DNA of 58,919 nucleotides from the NCBI GenBank assembly GCA_035692045.1, contig DASSIJ010000277.1, positions 1-58,919 of the forward strand, read 5' to 3'. This document shows positions 54,513 through 58,919 of the stretch, in pieces. Position 1 is the first letter of the stretch; the number at the start of each line of letters is the position of its first letter. This DNA is from Pseudolabrys sp. (lineage in GTDB: Bacteria; Pseudomonadota; Alphaproteobacteria; Rhizobiales; Xanthobacteraceae). Position numbers and translations under genes: made by a program. The notes under the pieces are model-generated. The model did no database searches. It was not told where the DNA came from and was given only the letters and a program-made list of their open reading frames with translations.

Positions 54513-56759
54513 CTAGCCGCGTACCGCGCCTTCAAGGAAATTCTCCAGCGCCGTCACGGGCGCGCGGTCTCCATAGAGGCGGTGCCTGTTTTCGGCCATC
54601 CGGGACGACATCGTCTGGCGGAATTGCGTGTCCTGACCAAGGCGCGTCGCGATAGCGACATAGTCGTCTACGGTCGCTGCGATGGTGTCGGTGACATCAA
54701 TCATCCGCAAAATTGCTGCACTGTGCCGGCCGCGCATCGTCGCGCCTTCCAAGGTTACGATCGGCAGAGCTTGAGGAAGACATTCCAGCGCCGAATTGCA
54801 GCCCGACCAACCGATGCTGTCGAGAAACACGTCGCAAAGTCCGGCCGCGGCCGCGAAGTGGCTTTGGCTCATGCGGTTGAGAAAAACGCAGTGATGCTCG
54901 GCGCGCATGCCCGCCGCTGAAAATGCGCGCTCAAGCCGCTCGCGCACGAACTGCGTAACCCTTGGCGCACCGAAATGGCGCAGGAACACGAATTGGCAAT
55001 CACCAACGGCCTGCGCGATGCGCACGAACACGTCGTCGTATTGCGGCAGGTATTTAAAGAGTGATTGAGCGCTCCAAAACGCGGTCGCTCCGGCGCGCAG
55101 GCCCAGTCCCTCGCGCGTGACCGAAACCGGTTCAGCCACGACCGGCTCGTAATAGATCGAAAGATTCGGCAGCCGCACCAGCTTTTCAGTGTAGCAGGCT
55201 TGTGCATCCGGCGGCTCCATCAAATCGCTCGACAGGAAATAGTCGATCGTGGAGAGGCCGCTGGTTTCCGGGTGGCCCCATGAATTGCATTGCACCGATG
55301 CAAGGCGCTGTGCCGCAAGCTGCAGCGAGGAGACATCCATAAGGAGGCCTGGGTAAATCAGGGCATGTGGCGCATCGGCGAGGATTTCACGCCGCCAGCC
55401 GTCAGTGTCGAGAGTGCGATGAACAAACCGGTCGCACAGGCGGGCGGCAGCATCCGTTTGCTCGTCATGAATGGCGCCGAGATGATAACAGGTCACATGG
55501 AAGCGGCTGCGGTCGAGCTGGCTGATCCAGCCCTTGATCGGAATTTTCCAGTTGGAGTGGCGATAAAAAAAACTGCTGACGATGCCGAGGCGGATCGGCT
55601 CGCCGGGCGCCGGCGAGGGCGGCAGCGGCGCCGGCGAAAACCGGCGAGCGATCACTTTGCCGATCATCTCACCGTAGATTTGTTGCAGGGCGCGGTCGTT
55701 GCCACCCTGGTAGGCGAGCAGGAAGGGATGTCTGGCGCCAATCGCCTTGATCAGATCGCCCTTGAGCACGCCGCGTTCCACGTCATTGAGCAGCTCGCGC
55801 AACTTCTGTTCGTAGGCAGCACGGCATCGCGGGATTTCGCTCTCGTCCCGATAGATAACGGGCAGTTCGGCGAAACAGGCTGCAAAGCGTGCGTCTGCGT
55901 GGCCGGGTGCGAGCGTCAGCGCCTGAGCGAGATCGGCGGCGGCTTCCTCATTCCGGCTGATCTCCAACAGACAACGGCCGCGCTGGTACCAGGCCTCAGC
56001 GTCCTCCGGATTAAATTTCAACGCGGCGGTGAAATTGTCGATTGCATCGTCGGCGCGATCAAGTGCGAGCAGCACGCGGCCGCGATTGTTCCGCGACTCG
56101 GTGAAGCCGGGGGCCAACGCAAGCGCACGGTCGTAGCAGGCAAGAGCCTCGGGCAGCCGGTTGATCCCCTCCAGCACCGCGCCGCGATTATTCAGCGCCT
56201 TGACATAGTCGGGGCGCAGCAAAAGCGCGCGGTCGAGACTGACCAACGCTTCGTCGTACCGCCCGAGCACGCGCAGGGACGAACCGAGGTTGTAATGTGC
56301 ATCGGCGTAGTCAGACTTCAGGGCGAGCGCCTTGTGAAAACAAGCCACCGCCTCTTCGTGGCGCCCAAGCGCAGCCAGCACCGCGCCCCGATTGTTGTGC
56401 GCCTCGGCGAATTTCGATTTTTGCTTTAATGCGGCGTCGAAGCAGGCAAGCGCCTCCTCGCTCCGATCGAGCGCATGGAGGATCATTCCGTGGTTGACCA
56501 GAATTTGCGGGGAGGGTCTGCGCATGCGCATTGCCTCGGAAATGAGGCGCAAGGCTTCCGCGGGCTGGCCCTTGGCGAGCTTGATCACGCTGAGCATTTG
56601 CAAAGCGTCGAAATGATCGGGCCGGTGAGCGAGGACTTCGGAATAAAGCTGTTCGGCCTCTGCCAGGCGGCCTTGCTTATGCAGTTCCAGCGCCTGCGCG
56701 AAGACCTGCGGCACCTTGATCGGCGCTGGTACTGGCACTGGCGCTGGCGCTGGCGGCAT
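54513..56759 (-). CDS. TPR-containing GT41 (SPINDLY/OGT-like) protein O-glycosyltransferase
   Basis: About 8 N-terminal TPRs; IRLGIVSSFFYRHS, QRLASVQCNSWGHPETSG..IDYFLS, DVFLDS..SGCNS..GRHS. Confidence 0.85.
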   Translation of the reverse strand: MPPAPAPVPVPAPIKVPQVFAQALELHKQGRLAEAEQLYSEVLAHRPDHFDALQMLSVIKLAKGQPAEALRLISEAMRMRRPSPQILVNHGMILHALDRSEEALACFDAALKQKSKFAEAHNNRGAVLAALGRHEEAVACFHKALALKSDYADAHYNLGSSLRVLGRYDEALVSLDRALLLRPDYVKALNNRGAVLEGINRLPEALACYDRALALAPGFTESRNNRGRVLLALDRADDAIDNFTAALKFNPEDAEAWYQRGRCLLEISRNEEAAADLAQALTLAPGHADARFAACFAELPVIYRDESEIPRCRAAYEQKLRELLNDVERGVLKGDLIKAIGARHPFLLAYQGGNDRALQQIYGEMIGKVIARRFSPAPLPPSPAPGEPIRLGIVSSFFYRHSNWKIPIKGWISQLDRSRFHVTCYHLGAIHDEQTDAAARLCDRFVHRTLDTDGWRREILADAPHALIYPGLLMDVSSLQLAAQRLASVQCNSWGHPETSGLSTIDYFLSSDLMEPPDAQACYTEKLVRLPNLSIYYEPVVAEPVSVTREGLGLRAGATAFWSAQSLFKYLPQYDDVFVRIAQAVGDCQFVFLRHFGAPRVTQFVRERLERAFSAAGMRAEHHCVFLNRMSQSHFAAAAGLCDVFLDSIGWSGCNSALECLPQALPIVTLEGATMRGRHSAAILRMIDVTDTIAATVDDYVAIATRLGQDTQFRQTMSSRMAENRHRLYGDRAPVTALENFLEGAVRG

Positions 56760-56932
56760 GATTCCCCCTTGCATTGAGGGGTAAAAAAGCTGGACTGAGT
56801 CGTCTAGGGTGAAGTGTCGAAATGGCGGGGCACAGCGGCCTAACGGGATCGTGATGGCAGCGCGATCGGTAGTTGATTTGCGTCCGCCGGGCGGTCGCGC
56901 GACTGTGGACCAGGCACAGTGGAGACCGCACA

Positions 56933-57439
56933 ATGATCAATCGGCGCGCCCTGTTTTTTGCTGGTGTGGCGTTTTCAGCGCTGGCGGTCAGCGTTAGATT
57001 TGGCAGGTCACAAACCATGAGCACCACCGAAACGATCGACTATCGCAAGCTTTCCGACATGGATTGGCGCCAGCGGCTTACGGCGGACCAATACATGATC
57101 CTGCGGCACCACGGCACGGAACGCCCCGGGAGTAGCCCGCTCAATAAGGAAAAGCGTAAGGGAACCTTCACCTGCGCCGGGTGCGACCTGCCGTTGTTCT
57201 CGTCGGATACCAAGTTTGAGAGCGGGACCGGGTGGCCGAGTTTCTATCAGCCATTGGCCAACGCGGTAGAGACCAGGACTGACCGGTCACTTTTCATGAC
57301 GCGCACCGAAGTGCATTGTTCACGCTGCCTGGGTCATCTCGGCCATGTATTCGATGACGGACCGCAACCGACCGGCTTGCGCTATTGCATGAACGGGGTC
57401 GCGCTGAAGTTCGCTCCGCAGCCCGGCTCTTCTTCGTAA
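56933..57439 (+). CDS. msrB: Peptide-methionine (R)-S-oxide reductase with Tat-like leader
   Basis: GTERP, CAGC, KFESGTGWPSF, RTEVHC..C.GHLGHVFDDGP, RYCMNG; MINRRALFF leader. Confidence 0.93.
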   Translation: MINRRALFFAGVAFSALAVSVRFGRSQTMSTTETIDYRKLSDMDWRQRLTADQYMILRHHGTERPGSSPLNKEKRKGTFTCAGCDLPLFSSDTKFESGTGWPSFYQPLANAVETRTDRSLFMTRTEVHCSRCLGHLGHVFDDGPQPTGLRYCMNGVALKFAPQPGSSS

Positions 57440-57442
57440 CAT

Positions 57443-57477
57443 CGGCAAAATCTGCCGCTTGACGGCAGAAAGAACCG
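57443..57477 (+). promoter_or_regulatory. Two ftr-like (FlbD-type) enhancer elements
   Basis: CGGCA-aaatc-TGCCG (57443-57457) and CGGCA-gaaag-AACCG (57463-57477), 80-100 bp upstream of the sigma54 site. Confidence 0.6.
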
Positions 57478-57541
57478 CGGATGGCGGCCCCTGCTGGCCG
57501 CCATTTCCTTTTAAGCTACTGATATAATTATATAAATTTGA

Positions 57542-57556
57542 TGGCACGGTGATTGC
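57542..57556 (+). promoter_or_regulatory. Sigma54 -24/-12 promoter of flgE
   Basis: TGGCAC-ggtga-TTGC, preceded by an AT-rich tract at 57510-57540. Confidence 0.85.
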
Positions 57557-57618
57557 GACGGACAGCCAGTTCGGAGCCCCGACAGGGCGAAGTGTGTCTC
57601 GTTTGCGGAGATGAAGTC

Positions 57619-58919
57619 ATGGGTCTGTTCGACGCTCTTACAACTGCGGTCAGTGGCCTGCAGGCGCAATCCTTCGCCATGCAGAACATATCGGGCAACA
57701 TCGCGAATTCTCAAACAACCGCCTACAAGGGCATTGAGACCAATTTCGAGGATCTGATTCCGGGCGACTCAGTGCCCACGCGCCAGATCGCCGGGGGCGT
57801 GATCGCAAATTCGCGAGCCACGAATAACGTCCAGGGTACAATCCAGAGCACGACGTCGACGACGGATATGGCCATCAACGGCAATGGCTTTTTCGTCGTG
57901 CAGGCTCCAACCGGATTCAATGGAAATCAGCCGCTCTTTGGCGGCATCGACAGCTATACACGGCGCGGCGACTTCCAGCTGGACGCGAACGGCTATCTGG
58001 TCAACGGCTCCGGCTATTTTCTTGAGGGCATTCCGATCGATCCGACGACCGGCAATCCAGTCGGCAGCGTCGCCACCCCCTTGCAATTCCAGGGCAACTT
58101 TCTGCCAGCCAGCGCAACGACCCAAGTGAATTACGGGATTAACCTCCCGTCCACTCCGCAGACGAATGCATTCGTCGCCACCACCCCGAACTCCGAGTTG
58201 CTCAACCCCACGGATTTCAGTGCCGGTCATGATCCTACGGTTGCCGGAACCGGCATCGTCGTCGGGAGCGATGTGTCTACGTTTGTGAATGAGTCGATCG
58301 ATGGCGGCTCTGTAACGATTTACGATCCGATCGGCACGCCCGCCAATCTTCAGCTCAGATGGGCCAAGACCGACAGTGTTGCCAATGGCGGCGCCGACAC
58401 CTGGGAACTGTTTTACCAGACTGACGCAACGGCGACCGGCACGAATCCGGCATGGATCAATGCCGGGACGGATTTCGTATTTGACGCGAACGGCCAGCTC
58501 AATCCACCGATTACCAACGTCGCGCTGACGGGCGTCTCGATCAATGGCACTGCGCTCGGCAATATCACGATCAACAGTCCGACGGGCGGCATCACGCAGT
58601 TCGCCAATACAAGCGGCGTGTCGACCGTCAACAACCTGCAACAGAACGGCTATGCGGCCGGCCAGCTGAAGTCGATCGCAGTCAGCGACGCAGGCAATAT
58701 CATTGGTACGTTCTCCAACGGGCAAAACGTCGCGCTCGCGCAGGTACCGTTGGTCCATTTCAACAGCCCCAACAACCTCAAGGCTCTCGACGGCGGCGCC
58801 TATCAATTGACAAATGAATCCGGTCCCGCGCTGACAGGCTCGTCGGGCAAGATCATCGGGCAATCGCTGGAAGCGTCGAACACGGATATCGCAACCGAGT
58901 TCACAAAACTGATTGTGAC
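57619..58919 (+). CDS. flgE: Flagellar hook protein FlgE (truncated by right window edge)
   Basis: Read manually: MGLFDALTTAVSGLQAQSFAMQNISGNIANSQTTAYK..DMAINGNGFFVV..YTRRGDF..SLEASNTDIATEFTKLIV. Confidence 0.92.
   Translation, partial: MGLFDALTTAVSGLQAQSFAMQNISGNIANSQTTAYKGIETNFEDLIPGDSVPTRQIAGGVIANSRATNNVQGTIQSTTSTTDMAINGNGFFVVQAPTGFNGNQPLFGGIDSYTRRGDFQLDANGYLVNGSGYFLEGIPIDPTTGNPVGSVATPLQFQGNFLPASATTQVNYGINLPSTPQTNAFVATTPNSELLNPTDFSAGHDPTVAGTGIVVGSDVSTFVNESIDGGSVTIYDPIGTPANLQLRWAKTDSVANGGADTWELFYQTDATATGTNPAWINAGTDFVFDANGQLNPPITNVALTGVSINGTALGNITINSPTGGITQFANTSGVSTVNNLQQNGYAAGQLKSIAVSDAGNIIGTFSNGQNVALAQVPLVHFNSPNNLKALDGGAYQLTNESGPALTGSSGKIIGQSLEASNTDIATEFTKLIV

Noticed and set aside
57769-58863. 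364-aa minus-strand ORF
   Set aside because: Antisense to flgE, which is missing from the ORF track only because it lacks a stop in the window
1-58919. CRISPR arrays, tRNA/rRNA, IS elements, prophage or defence systems
   Set aside because: No repeat-spacer arrays, structural RNA signatures, transposase, integrase or phage genes recognised by eye; small RNAs cannot be excluded without a covariance-model scan

Overview
GC-rich alphaproteobacterial chromosome segment (Hyphomicrobiales; gene content resembles Xanthobacteraceae/Nitrobacteraceae) with about 60 CDS. No rRNA, tRNA, CRISPR, transposase or integrase was recognised. The window opens inside a cyclic beta-glucan exporter (ndvA) and ends inside a flagellar hook gene (flgE). 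The region 1-23 kb looks accessory: a wHTH-TolB-TPR regulator/methyltransferase/DUF4242 module with phased operator repeats and a nonsense-inactivated DUF4242 gene, orphan solute-binding proteins, an orphan Ku, many small secreted proteins, and a sensor kinase/FixJ-type regulator/sulfatase/HAD phosphatase/octaheme cytochrome-TPR cluster. A shared 16-bp palindrome found 5 times ties that cluster together. The region 23-59 kb looks like core genome: a Pho-box-preceded plcP-agt lipid-remodelling pair, a GPR/RgsE-type polar-growth scaffold with CtrA-like boxes, and a sigma54 promoter with ftr-like enhancers before flgE. The most notable feature is two paralogous crescentin (CreS)-like coiled-coil genes, one with a GANTC/CtrA-rich promoter, suggesting a two-subunit intermediate-filament-like cytoskeleton in a polar-growing lineage. 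All family assignments come from recognised motifs, not from database searches.
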